Shown here: one piece after another, positions 36,978 through 45,377 of the stretch | Numbering within the stretch: the stretch's first letter is position 1 | Layout of the letters: every line of letters starts with the position of its first letter | Origin: Candidatus Sulfomarinibacteraceae bacterium | GTDB taxonomy: Bacteria > Acidobacteriota > Thermoanaerobaculia > Thermoanaerobaculales > Sulfomarinibacteraceae | Length of the DNA stretch: 64,000 nt | Direction of reading: 5' to 3' | NCBI GenBank assembly: GCA_963796455.1 | Contig: CAWCLO010000001.1 | Coordinates: forward strand, 896,001 to 960,000 | The notes under the pieces: model-generated | Told to the model about the DNA's origin: nothing | The model's input: the letters and a program-made list of their open reading frames with translations, nothing else | The model's database searches: none | Made by a program: the position numbers and the translations under genes

Positions 36978-37150
36978 GTGCAGATAGTACATCGCGATCG
37001 ATCCGACGGTGATCGCTGTTCCTGATCGTTGTTCCCGGTCGCTGCTTCCTGCCGCTGAACTCTGTTCGCTGTCCCTGCTCTCTGTCCCGGTGGTTGACGC
37101 TGGACACTGTCGCTGTCGCCCGAGTTTTGGAGAGCAGCAACTCTTGACCC

Positions 37151-37948
37151 TTACCTCTTGACTTTCTTTTCCGCCGAATCACCATGCCGAGCAGTACCCG
37201 GAGTCGGGGGTCGCTGGTCGCCGTACCAGTATTTGTCCGCATAGTCGCTGGTCGCCCTCGGCGAGCGCAGGATCAACGGAAATACCTTGAAGAGATCGGT
37301 GAAGTAGTGCCAGTCTCCGTATTTGTCGAACTTGCGCGACGAGGCGATGCCTTTGACTTTCCGGAGACGAACGAGCCGCTGTCCTCGTTTCCGACCAAGC
37401 CTCCGAAGATCGAAAAGCAACTGGACGTCTTCACCGAAGAGACGTCTCTCGTCATAGGTTCCGACCGAAGTGAAGTCTTCCCGGAGGCAAAAGACGACCC
37501 CGGTGTCCATGCGAAGAGCCCAGACAAATGGCACGAACATGCAATAGGTGATGGCGATCCCGAGCGACCATCGTTCGAGACGGACACCGGTCGAACCCGC
37601 CACCACCCTGCCCCCCGCCAGGCAGTCCTCGATCGCGTTGAATGTCTCGGGATGAACCTGTCCATCGGCATCAACGAAACACAGAATCTTTCCGGTCGCT
37701 TCGGCCGCCCCACCATTGCGCACGCTCGCGATTCGGCGGGGTTCAATCGAGACCACCCGGCAACCCCGATCGACCGCGATCGCCGCGGTGTCGTCGAGTG
37801 ACTCGTTGTCGGCCACAACAACCTCGATCGCAGCAGGGCCCCCGCGGTAACGATCTCGGGCCACATCGACCGTGTCGAGCAATCGGGGAAGCAACTCCGC
37901 TTCGTTGTAGGCCGGAATGACCAGGGAAATCCTGGAATGACTCCTCAT
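37151..37948 (-). CDS. Glycosyltransferase family 2
   Basis: SLVIPAYNE, VADNES.DDT, FVDAD, GEDV. Confidence 0.9.
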   Translation of the reverse strand: MRSHSRISLVIPAYNEAELLPRLLDTVDVARDRYRGGPAAIEVVVADNESLDDTAAIAVDRGCRVVSIEPRRIASVRNGGAAEATGKILCFVDADGQVHPETFNAIEDCLAGGRVVAGSTGVRLERWSLGIAITYCMFVPFVWALRMDTGVVFCLREDFTSVGTYDERRLFGEDVQLLFDLRRLGRKRGQRLVRLRKVKGIASSRKFDKYGDWHYFTDLFKVFPLILRSPRATSDYADKYWYGDQRPPTPGTARHGDSAEKKVKR

Positions 37949-37989
37949 TGCATCACCATGCTACTTGAAAGCGCGTATGATCGTGTTCA

Positions 37990-38454
37990 ATGAACGAACA
38001 ACCAGTCTCGATTCGACCGGCCGATGGTGGTGACCTGCGAGCCCTCTGCAAACTCACCGGCGAACTCGGCTACTCGTCGACCCTCGAGGCGGTCGAAACC
38101 CGCTTCGAAAAACTCATGGAGGCGCCGGGCAACGCCGTATTCGTGGCCGTGGCCGAAACCAGAATAATCGTGGGTTGGGTGCACGTCTTCGGAACTCACC
38201 GCATCGAATCAGATACTTTTGCAGAACTCGGAGGATTGATCGTCTCCGATGAACACCGCCGTCGCGGCATCGGCCGGGCCTTGCTCGACGCGGCCCGCCG
38301 GTGGGCAGAATCCAACGGCTACGTGAAGCTCAGGGTCCGTAGCCGCGCCGACCGCGACAAGGCTCACCGCTTCTTCGAGCGGTCGGGGCTTGCCCATACC
38401 AAGACGCAGAAAATATTCGATGCGACACTGAACCGCGGAGATCGAGAACATTGA
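37990..38454 (+). CDS. GNAT acetyltransferase
   Basis: LIV...RRRGIGRALL; AHRFFE. Confidence 0.88.
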   Translation: MNEQPVSIRPADGGDLRALCKLTGELGYSSTLEAVETRFEKLMEAPGNAVFVAVAETRIIVGWVHVFGTHRIESDTFAELGGLIVSDEHRRRGIGRALLDAARRWAESNGYVKLRVRSRADRDKAHRFFERSGLAHTKTQKIFDATLNRGDREH

Positions 38455-38520
38455 GAGTGACCAGAAACCATTGCGAAGCCTGGTTGTGGCGGGTACATTG
38501 ACAGGTGCAGGGAGGCGATA

Positions 38521-38886
38521 TTGATCGACCACATCAGCATTTCAGTCAGCGAATTCGAGGCTAGTAGAGATTTTTTCAAAGAAGCCCTACTCCCTCTCGA
38601 CTATCAGATCGTAGTGGAAATGGAGGACGCCTGCGGATTCGGCGTCATGCAGAAATCGGACTTCTGGATCAAAGAAGGGGACGCCACGGTTCCTCCTGTC
38701 CACATCGCCTTCACCAGTCGCGACCGCGCGACCGTCGACGCCTTTTATGCGGCAGCCCTGGCGGCCGGCGGCACCGACAACGGCGCACCTGGTCTGCGAG
38801 GGGACTACCATCCCAACTATTACGCGGCTTTCGTCCTCGACCCTGACGGCAACAATATCGAGGCCGTATGTCATCGACCCCAATAA
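38521..38886 (+). CDS. VOC/glyoxalase family protein
   Basis: IDHISI, HIAF, DNGAPGLR..YH..YYAAFVLDPDGNNIEAV. Confidence 0.9.
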   Translation: MIDHISISVSEFEASRDFFKEALLPLDYQIVVEMEDACGFGVMQKSDFWIKEGDATVPPVHIAFTSRDRATVDAFYAAALAAGGTDNGAPGLRGDYHPNYYAAFVLDPDGNNIEAVCHRPQ

Positions 38887-39584
38887 CCCGGCCGATGCTC
38901 ACGCGCCAGCAGGCACGTGAGCATTACGACCGCCGCGGGCGACGGCCTAAAGGGCCCGCCCGTTATGAGCGTGAGGCTCTCGATCGATTGATCGAGGTCG
39001 GTGACTTCGGTCTTGCCGAATCGGTGGTCGAATTCGGGTGCGGCGACGGCTCCCTGGCCCAACGCCTGATGGAGGAAGAACTGCCGATGAAGGCCTCCTA
39101 CGCGGCCTTCGATGTTTCGGATGCAATGGTCCAGTCAACCAGGGCGCGGCTCGTGCCATTTGGTTCACGGGTCTCGGTGACGAAGACCGACGGCCGACCG
39201 CGGGTCCCGTTACCGCCGAAGTGCTGCGACCGGTATGTCGCCACCTATGTGATCGAGCTGCTTTCGACCATGGACATCGGCCGGACCCTCTCCCAGGCCT
39301 GGCAACTGCTCCGGCCCGACGGTTTACTGTGCCTGACGAGTCTCACCTATGGGACCAACTTCGTCTCAAAGCTGATCGTAGCCGGTCGGTTGGCCGTGCA
39401 TACGATCAAACCCTCGCTCGTCGGTGGCCGCCGTCCCCTCTCGCTCGCCGATTATCTCGGGCCGGCATCGTGGAAGATCCTGTATTCGACCACCATCGTC
39501 TCGTACGGGATTCCCTCCGAGGTCCTGGTCGCCAAACCACGCGCCCACAGTCAGGGAGACCCCGGAGCAGTCGTTCTGGATTAA
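38868..39584 (+). CDS. Class I SAM-dependent methyltransferase
   Basis: VVEFGCGDG, FDVS..M, LRPDG; start may be 38895. Confidence 0.82.
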   Translation: MSSTPITRPMLTRQQAREHYDRRGRRPKGPARYEREALDRLIEVGDFGLAESVVEFGCGDGSLAQRLMEEELPMKASYAAFDVSDAMVQSTRARLVPFGSRVSVTKTDGRPRVPLPPKCCDRYVATYVIELLSTMDIGRTLSQAWQLLRPDGLLCLTSLTYGTNFVSKLIVAGRLAVHTIKPSLVGGRRPLSLADYLGPASWKILYSTTIVSYGIPSEVLVAKPRAHSQGDPGAVVLD

Positions 39585-39603
39585 AAGTAACAGGGGGCTC
39601 ATC

Positions 39604-39915
39604 ATGAACATCGAAGACATCGAGATCCAACGTCTCCTGCCGGGAACCGAGGTCCGTTTCATCCATTCCGACCGGATGACCGTCGCCCACTGGCACTTCG
39701 ATCCCGACATCGATCTTCCCGAACACTCACACCACCACGATCAGATATCCACTGTCGTCGAGGGCGAGTTCGAACTCACGCTGAACGGCGTCACCGAACG
39801 ACTGAGCGCCGGCGACTACCTGGTCATCCCACCAAACGTCGTGCACTCCGGCCGCTCCATAACCGATTGTCGGATCATCGACGTCTTCTCCCCGGTCCGA
39901 GAGGACTTCCGGTAG
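39604..39915 (+). CDS. Cupin domain protein
   Basis: PEHSHHHDQ, IPPNVVHS, DVFSPVREDF. Confidence 0.88.
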   Translation: MNIEDIEIQRLLPGTEVRFIHSDRMTVAHWHFDPDIDLPEHSHHHDQISTVVEGEFELTLNGVTERLSAGDYLVIPPNVVHSGRSITDCRIIDVFSPVREDFR

Positions 39916-39931
39916 ACGCACACAGAATCTG

Positions 39932-40028
39932 AACCACCAAGACACCAAGTACACCAAGAACGCGCCAAGCGTTTCGAAGGCCGGGCCCGAGTATGAGTCC
40001 GTCTTGGTGTCCTTGGTGCCTTGGTGGT
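39932..40028. repeat. Inverted pair of CACCAAG triplets
   Basis: aaccaccaagacaccaagtacaccaaga ... tcttggtgtccttggtgccttggtggt. Confidence 0.82.
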
Positions 40029-40043
40029 GAAGCGGCGGCCGGC

Positions 40044-40077
40044 ATTCCTAATTCCTAATTCATCTAATTCCTAATTC
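40044..40077 (+). repeat. Heptamer array (CTAATTC)n
   Basis: attcctaattcctaattcatctaattcctaattc. Confidence 0.8.
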
Positions 40078-40117
40078 TTCCAAGCTACACTGATCCCACA
40101 ATGGAGATGCAACCAAA

Positions 40118-40504
40118 TTGAAAGCCTTCACCGACGTCCTCTGGGTCGGATTCGGAGGTTTCGTCGGTTCGAGCCTCCGCTTCATGCTCTCGGGTTGGGT
40201 CCACCGGATACCCGGCACCGGGAGCTTTCCGCACGGAACTTTGGTGGTCAACGTCCTCGGTTGCCTGGCGATCGGTCTGCTTGGCGGCTGGGCGGAACAC
40301 CGCCAGGTATTCTCTCCCGCCGCCCGGCTCTTTCTTATGATCGGTGTGCTCGGAGGCTTCACGACATTTTCGACCTTTGCATTCGAGACTGTGGCATTGG
40401 CACACGCCTCTGACGTGGCGCGCATGTTTGCCAATATCGTTCTCCAACTCGTGCTGGGTCTCAGCGCCGCCTGGCTCGGCTACCTCATCGCCCGATCATT
40501 GTGA
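40118..40504 (+). CDS. crcB: Fluoride channel FluC/CrcB
   Basis: GG..G...RF, FP.GTL.VN..GC, G.LGGFTTFSTF. Confidence 0.95.
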   Translation: MKAFTDVLWVGFGGFVGSSLRFMLSGWVHRIPGTGSFPHGTLVVNVLGCLAIGLLGGWAEHRQVFSPAARLFLMIGVLGGFTTFSTFAFETVALAHASDVARMFANIVLQLVLGLSAAWLGYLIARSL

Positions 40505-40511
40505 GGTTGAT

Positions 40512-40862
40512 ATGGACGTACCGGATCATGGTCAACTCCTTCGCATCTTTATCGGCGAATCCGACCGTCATGAAGGAATGCCGCTTTATGAATGGATCGT
40601 CCGCGAGGCGCGGCGCGAGGGTCTCGCCGGGGCCACCGTATTGCGCGGTCTCGAGGGATTCGGTGCGCGCAGCCGGCTCCATACCGCCCGCATCCTGCGT
40701 CTCTCATCCGATCTTCCGGTGGTCATCGAGATCGTCGATACGGCCGACCACATCGATGCTTTTTTGCCGCTGATCGACGGAGCCATCACCGAAGGCCTCG
40801 CCACGGTCGAAAAAGTCGCGATACGCTTCTACCGAAGTGGCAAAGACGACACTGATTCCTGA
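40512..40862 (+). CDS. DUF190 (PII-like) protein
   Basis: LLRIFIGESD, GLAGATVLRG..GFG, LS.DLPVVIEIVD; usual crcB neighbour. Confidence 0.9.
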   Translation: MDVPDHGQLLRIFIGESDRHEGMPLYEWIVREARREGLAGATVLRGLEGFGARSRLHTARILRLSSDLPVVIEIVDTADHIDAFLPLIDGAITEGLATVEKVAIRFYRSGKDDTDS

Positions 40863-40927
40863 CTGGATGCTAGATGCAGCGAAATCGTTGGTTTCCCTCA
40901 CGGCTTGTCAAGGGCAGTGTGCGATGA

Positions 40928-40953
40928 AATTCCGAATTCCGAATTCCGAATTC
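40928..40953 (+). repeat. Heptamer array (GAATTCC)n
   Basis: aattccgaattccgaattccgaattc. Confidence 0.85.
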
Positions 40954-40973
40954 TTCCGCGCTAGACTCCCCCT

Positions 40974-41384
40974 ATGAACCTCAATCCCAACCTGGTTGTC
41001 CATCGCGGCGGATGCCACTGCGGCGCGGTTCGTTTCGAGGTCGATGCACCGGCAGAGCTCCATGTCAAACTCTGCAACTGCTCGATCTGCGCCATGACCT
41101 CCTATCTCCACCTGATCGTTCCGAAAGACGATTTTCGTTTACTCGAAGGCGAAGACATCCTCACCACCTACACATTCAACACCGGGGTCGCACAGCACCT
41201 TTTCTGTGCCAATTGTGGTATCAAATCGTTTTACGTCCCACGTTCGAACCCGAATGGCGTCAGCGTGAACGCCCGCTGTCTCGAGCCCGAAACGGTCGCG
41301 AGGATCAAAATCTCCGATTTTGATGGCCGTGAATGGGAAAAAAACATCCATACGCTTCCACAATTTTCTCAGGACGAAGTATAA
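40974..41384 (+). CDS. GFA / CENP-V family protein
   Basis: GGCHCGAVRF, CNCSIC, FCANCG, SVNARCL. Confidence 0.92.
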   Translation: MNLNPNLVVHRGGCHCGAVRFEVDAPAELHVKLCNCSICAMTSYLHLIVPKDDFRLLEGEDILTTYTFNTGVAQHLFCANCGIKSFYVPRSNPNGVSVNARCLEPETVARIKISDFDGREWEKNIHTLPQFSQDEV

Positions 41385-41411
41385 TCTCCGGCCATCAGCC
41401 ATGGTGGAGAA

Positions 41412-41831
41412 ATGAAAGCACGATCGTGCGCTCTTCTCGTCGGCGTTCTGACGCTGATCGCCGCTGGATGCGGTGATGGTGGCCCGACCCTCCCGACCCA
41501 GCAAAAGGACTGGCTGGTCGTATTCAAAAGGATCACCGTCGCCAATGATGCGCCCGGTCAGGCCGAGATCGAAGTGGACGTCCGATCGGGATCGAGCTAT
41601 TCGAGCAACGCTCCCGACGGGACCGTGGTTGTCTTTCGCGCAACACTCGGACATTTCGCTGGTGGGTCAGACACCATAAAGGTCTCGACTCACGCCGGGC
41701 GGGCCACCGTCATCCTGATCCTCCCCGGGCAGTCCCGTTTCCAACTGACCGCTTCGGCAGGAGCATCCGTGACGGAGATCCTCTTCATCGTCCACGACGA
41801 TGGATCGCTGCAACTCGGCACGTCGTCCTGA
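41412..41831 (+). CDS. Hypothetical lipoprotein (Ig-like beta content)
   Basis: AAGC lipobox, GGAG SD. Confidence 0.7.
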   Translation: MKARSCALLVGVLTLIAAGCGDGGPTLPTQQKDWLVVFKRITVANDAPGQAEIEVDVRSGSSYSSNAPDGTVVVFRATLGHFAGGSDTIKVSTHAGRATVILILPGQSRFQLTASAGASVTEILFIVHDDGSLQLGTSS

Positions 41832-41876
41832 AGCGCTCGACACCCACCGCGAGACGCTGTAGGGTCGGCGGTACCC

Positions 41877-42365
41877 GTGATTGGAACAAATCTCATCACT
41901 ACTGCAGTCGCAGCGAGCGCACCCCAGTGGCCCACCCAGGATCTCGGCCGCCTGTTCGTGTGGATCGCTGTTCCGGCGGTGATTCTGGCAACCATAATCG
42001 CGGGTTTCATCAAATGGAAAATCCTCTCATCTCCAACCTTCCGCCAACACCGCCCATCATGGCGGGCTTTTGCATGGGTCGGCATCGCGGACATGGTTGC
42101 GTGGGCGGTGTTGTGGCCGGCCCTGCTGGTGGTTCGTGTGCAAGGCGCTGGTGACGGCGGGGCCCTCTGGATCATCGCTCTCCTGCTGGTCGTGGCTCTC
42201 GGCTATGTGGCCAACCGCTACGGCTTCGGTCAGGCCTTTGATCCGGCGGTCGCCGGGAGCATGCGAGGCACTCTTTTGGCAGAGCTCTTCACGATCATGA
42301 TGCCGGTATTGGCTGTTTTGGTCGGTCTGCTTTTGTTCTGGGTGGTTTCCGCCCTGGGGGTTTGA
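41877..42365 (+). CDS. Hypothetical membrane protein
   Basis: Four hydrophobic segments; abuts the next gene. Confidence 0.7.
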   Translation: MIGTNLITTAVAASAPQWPTQDLGRLFVWIAVPAVILATIIAGFIKWKILSSPTFRQHRPSWRAFAWVGIADMVAWAVLWPALLVVRVQGAGDGGALWIIALLLVVALGYVANRYGFGQAFDPAVAGSMRGTLLAELFTIMMPVLAVLVGLLLFWVVSALGV

Positions 42366-42366
42366 A

Positions 42367-43236
42367 ATGATCAAAAACGTTCACAACCGCGTGTGGGCCT
42401 TCGATATCGAGTGGGTGCCGGATCCGGTGGCGGGCCGGCTGCTGTACGAGGAGGCCGTGGAGCTCGCCGATCCAGGCGAGGTCATGCGGGTCATGTGGGA
42501 GCGTGGCGGCGCCACCGAGGAGAATCCGACTCCCTTTCTGAAAACCGTCGTCTGCCGGGTCGTCTCAGTCGCGGCGCTCGAGAGACGACGCCTCCACGAC
42601 GGATCGGTCAAGCTCAACCTCATGGCGCTGCCACACGACCCCACGAACGGCAAAGAATGTACTGAAGCGCACGTCGTCGGCACCTTCCTCGACGCCCTGG
42701 GGAACAACCGCCCCCAGCTGGTGGGCTACAATTCGCTCCAATCCGACCTCAAAATTCTGATCCAGCGCGGGCTGCTTCTCGGCCTCTCGGCGCCGGGATT
42801 CTGCGAGCGACCCGACAAACCGTGGGAAGGCATCGACTACTTCGCCCGTGGCTCCGATTTCAACATCGACCTCCAGGAAATCGTCGGCGGGTGGGGCCGC
42901 GTCAACCCCAGCCTGCACGAGATTGCGGTCCAGTCGGGAATCCCGGGGAAAATGGGGGTCGACGGCAACGACGTGGCGCCCTTGTGGCTGGAAGGCAACA
43001 TCAAACGCATCGTGAATTACAACGAGTGCGATGCCGTCACGACCTACCTGGTTTGGCTACGACTCGCCCACTTCGCCGGTTTTTTTGACCAAAAAGCCTA
43101 TGACAAAGAACAACGGCTGGTCGAGAAACTTCTGGAGTCGCTGATCAAAGACGGGGGCCACGAACATCTCGCCGAGTATCTCGAAGCCTGGCGCGTGCTC
43201 CGCAGCCGCATCGAGAGCGAGAGAAAACTGGAATAG
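42367..43236 (+). CDS. PolB-like 3'-5' exonuclease (DnaQ-like)
   Basis: AFDIEW (ExoI), GYN...SD (ExoII), YNECD (ExoIII). Confidence 0.85.
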   Translation: MIKNVHNRVWAFDIEWVPDPVAGRLLYEEAVELADPGEVMRVMWERGGATEENPTPFLKTVVCRVVSVAALERRRLHDGSVKLNLMALPHDPTNGKECTEAHVVGTFLDALGNNRPQLVGYNSLQSDLKILIQRGLLLGLSAPGFCERPDKPWEGIDYFARGSDFNIDLQEIVGGWGRVNPSLHEIAVQSGIPGKMGVDGNDVAPLWLEGNIKRIVNYNECDAVTTYLVWLRLAHFAGFFDQKAYDKEQRLVEKLLESLIKDGGHEHLAEYLEAWRVLRSRIESERKLE

Positions 43237-43250
43237 ATGCATCGGGAGAA

Positions 43251-45332
43251 TTGTCTCAACTCGTGACGCCCGGTGAGATCACCGGACCGAGAAGCGAGAC
43301 GGGGGCACCAGTGACGAGTAAGAACGATCCGATTGCCGGTTTCCACCGGCGGGACTTCATGAGGATGCTGGCCGGCACAGCCGCTACGGCCGGTCTGTCG
43401 CTGCCCGCGGTCTCGTGCGGTGGTTCGTCGACCGACAAAAAGGTCATCGTCCTCGGTCTCGACGGGCTCGACCCGAAGATTCTCGGGGCGTTGATGGAAA
43501 TGGGACGTCTGCCGAACTTCAAAAAACTCGCCGAAATGGGATCTCTGCAAGCCCTCGGAACCACCATGCCCGCCCTCAGTCCGGTTGCGTGGTCGAGCTT
43601 TATCACCGGCATGACTCCCGGTGGCCACGGCATCGCCGATTTCATCGCCCGCGATCCAAAGACCTACACGCCGGTTTTTGCGATTTACGAAAACACCGAG
43701 CCCGATCTGACGATCTCGGTCGGCGATGTCCACCTTCCGATCAAGGGAGGGGGGCCGAAGAACCTACGCCGGGGCAAACCCTTCTGGGCCTACCTCACGG
43801 AGCGCGACATCCCGGCCTGGATCTCCAAGATCCCGACCAACTTCCCGGTCGAAGAGACCGCCACCAAGGCCATCGCCGGGATGGGGACCCCGGATCTGGT
43901 GGACTCGTATGGTGTCTTCTCCTACTACACCTCCGATCCCTTCGAGGACTATCCGAATCTCGAAGGCGGCGAGATCGTCTATGTCGATGTCAATCAGAAC
44001 GTCGTCCGCTCCAATGTTCTTGGACCGGTCAACTCGCTGGTGACTGCAAAGGACACCTCGTCGGACCCCTACGCCAATACCGCCAAAATTCCGTTTACCG
44101 CCTACCTCGACCCCAAGGCCGACGGCGTCCGCCTCGACATCCAGGGGCAGACCATTCTCCTCAAACGCGGTGAGTACTCGCCCTGGGTCACCCTGACCTT
44201 CGACCTCCTGCCGGTCATCGGCTCGGTGCAGGGGATTGCGCGTTTTCTCGTGAAGGGAATCGCCCCCCATTTCCAGCTCTACGTCACACCAATCAATATC
44301 GACCCCTCCGCGCAGGCGGCGCCGGTCACCTATCCGGTGGAGTTCGGGGCCGAGATCGCCCGCGACATCGGCGCATTCTGGACCAAGGGCCTCCCCGCCG
44401 ACGTCAAGGCATTCGACCACAAGGTCATCAATGACGAGGAGTACATCGGCCAGGCCGAATTGATCCTCAAGGAACGGATGGCGCTCTTCGATCACCAGTG
44501 GTCGCGTTTCGAAAACGGGCTCTTCTATTTCTACGTCTCCTCCACCGATCAGGATGCCCACATGATGTGGCGCAACATGGACGAGACGCACCCTAAGCAT
44601 CACGAGTCGGACGTGCGCTTCGCCGGTTGGATCCCCCACCTCTATGAAGAGATGGACAAGCTCGTCGGCAAGGTGCTGCCGGCGGTGGATGACAAGACCC
44701 TGCTCCTGGTCTGCTCCGACCACGGTTTCGCCCAGTTCGCACGCCAGTTCCACCTCAACACCTGGCTCCGCGACAACGGTTATCTGGTGCTCAAGGACGG
44801 TGCCGCCAAGAAGGACGAAACCTCGATCTTCGACGTGGATTGGTCACAAAGTGTGGCGTACGGCGTCGGATTCAACGGTCTCTACCTCAACCTCCAGGGC
44901 CGCGAACGCGACGGAATCGTCACACCCGAGAAAGCCGGGGAGATCACCGCCCGGCTGATCCGCGAGCTCGAGGCCATCACCGATCTGGAGACCGGTCAAC
45001 GCCCTGTCGCCAAGGTCTACCGTCGCGAAGAAATGTACACCGGCCCGGCGACGCCAATGATGCCCGAGCTGCTGGTTGGTTACACGCCCGGCTATCGCAA
45101 CGCCTCGGCCTCGGTCCTGGGATCGACCGGCAAACCCACCATCGACCTCAATCCGTGGGCGTGGTCTGGCGACCACTCGATGGCCCGCGACCTGGTGCCC
45201 GGCACCCTCCTATCATCGCAGAAGGTCGCCAAGGCCGATGCCAACATCCTCGATCTGCCGGTTTCCATCCTCGAATTCTTCGGGGTTTCAAAACCCGAGC
45301 AGATGGTCGGCAGCTCGATCTTCCGCGTGTGA
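43251..45332 (+). CDS. Alkaline-phosphatase superfamily phosphodiesterase/nucleotide pyrophosphatase, Tat-exported
   Basis: RRDFM twin-arginine signal, LGLDGLD, SPVAWSSF.TG, SDHGF, SGDH; start may be GTG 43311. Confidence 0.87.
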   Translation: MSQLVTPGEITGPRSETGAPVTSKNDPIAGFHRRDFMRMLAGTAATAGLSLPAVSCGGSSTDKKVIVLGLDGLDPKILGALMEMGRLPNFKKLAEMGSLQALGTTMPALSPVAWSSFITGMTPGGHGIADFIARDPKTYTPVFAIYENTEPDLTISVGDVHLPIKGGGPKNLRRGKPFWAYLTERDIPAWISKIPTNFPVEETATKAIAGMGTPDLVDSYGVFSYYTSDPFEDYPNLEGGEIVYVDVNQNVVRSNVLGPVNSLVTAKDTSSDPYANTAKIPFTAYLDPKADGVRLDIQGQTILLKRGEYSPWVTLTFDLLPVIGSVQGIARFLVKGIAPHFQLYVTPINIDPSAQAAPVTYPVEFGAEIARDIGAFWTKGLPADVKAFDHKVINDEEYIGQAELILKERMALFDHQWSRFENGLFYFYVSSTDQDAHMMWRNMDETHPKHHESDVRFAGWIPHLYEEMDKLVGKVLPAVDDKTLLLVCSDHGFAQFARQFHLNTWLRDNGYLVLKDGAAKKDETSIFDVDWSQSVAYGVGFNGLYLNLQGRERDGIVTPEKAGEITARLIRELEAITDLETGQRPVAKVYRREEMYTGPATPMMPELLVGYTPGYRNASASVLGSTGKPTIDLNPWAWSGDHSMARDLVPGTLLSSQKVAKADANILDLPVSILEFFGVSKPEQMVGSSIFRV

Positions 45333-45343
45333 CCGAAAACGGT

Positions 45344-45368
45344 TGTAGGGGCGGCACATGTGCCGCCC
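45344..45368 (+). repeat. Single GTAG-REP-like hairpin between convergent genes
   Basis: GTAG-GGGCGGCAC-at-GTGCCGCCC. Confidence 0.6.
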
Positions 45369-45377
45369 ATTGTCATT

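Noticed and set aside
40078..40117. Fluoride riboswitch upstream of crcB
   Set aside because: Only ATGGAG resembles the motif; the GGCGATGG..CGCC stem and downstream pseudoknot partner are absent, and GGAG is adequately explained as an SD.
42367..45332. Exonuclease plus phosphodiesterase as a defence or nucleotide-signalling module
   Set aside because: The phosphodiesterase is Tat-exported and the exonuclease cytoplasmic; there is no cyclase or effector nearby and no evidence beyond adjacency.
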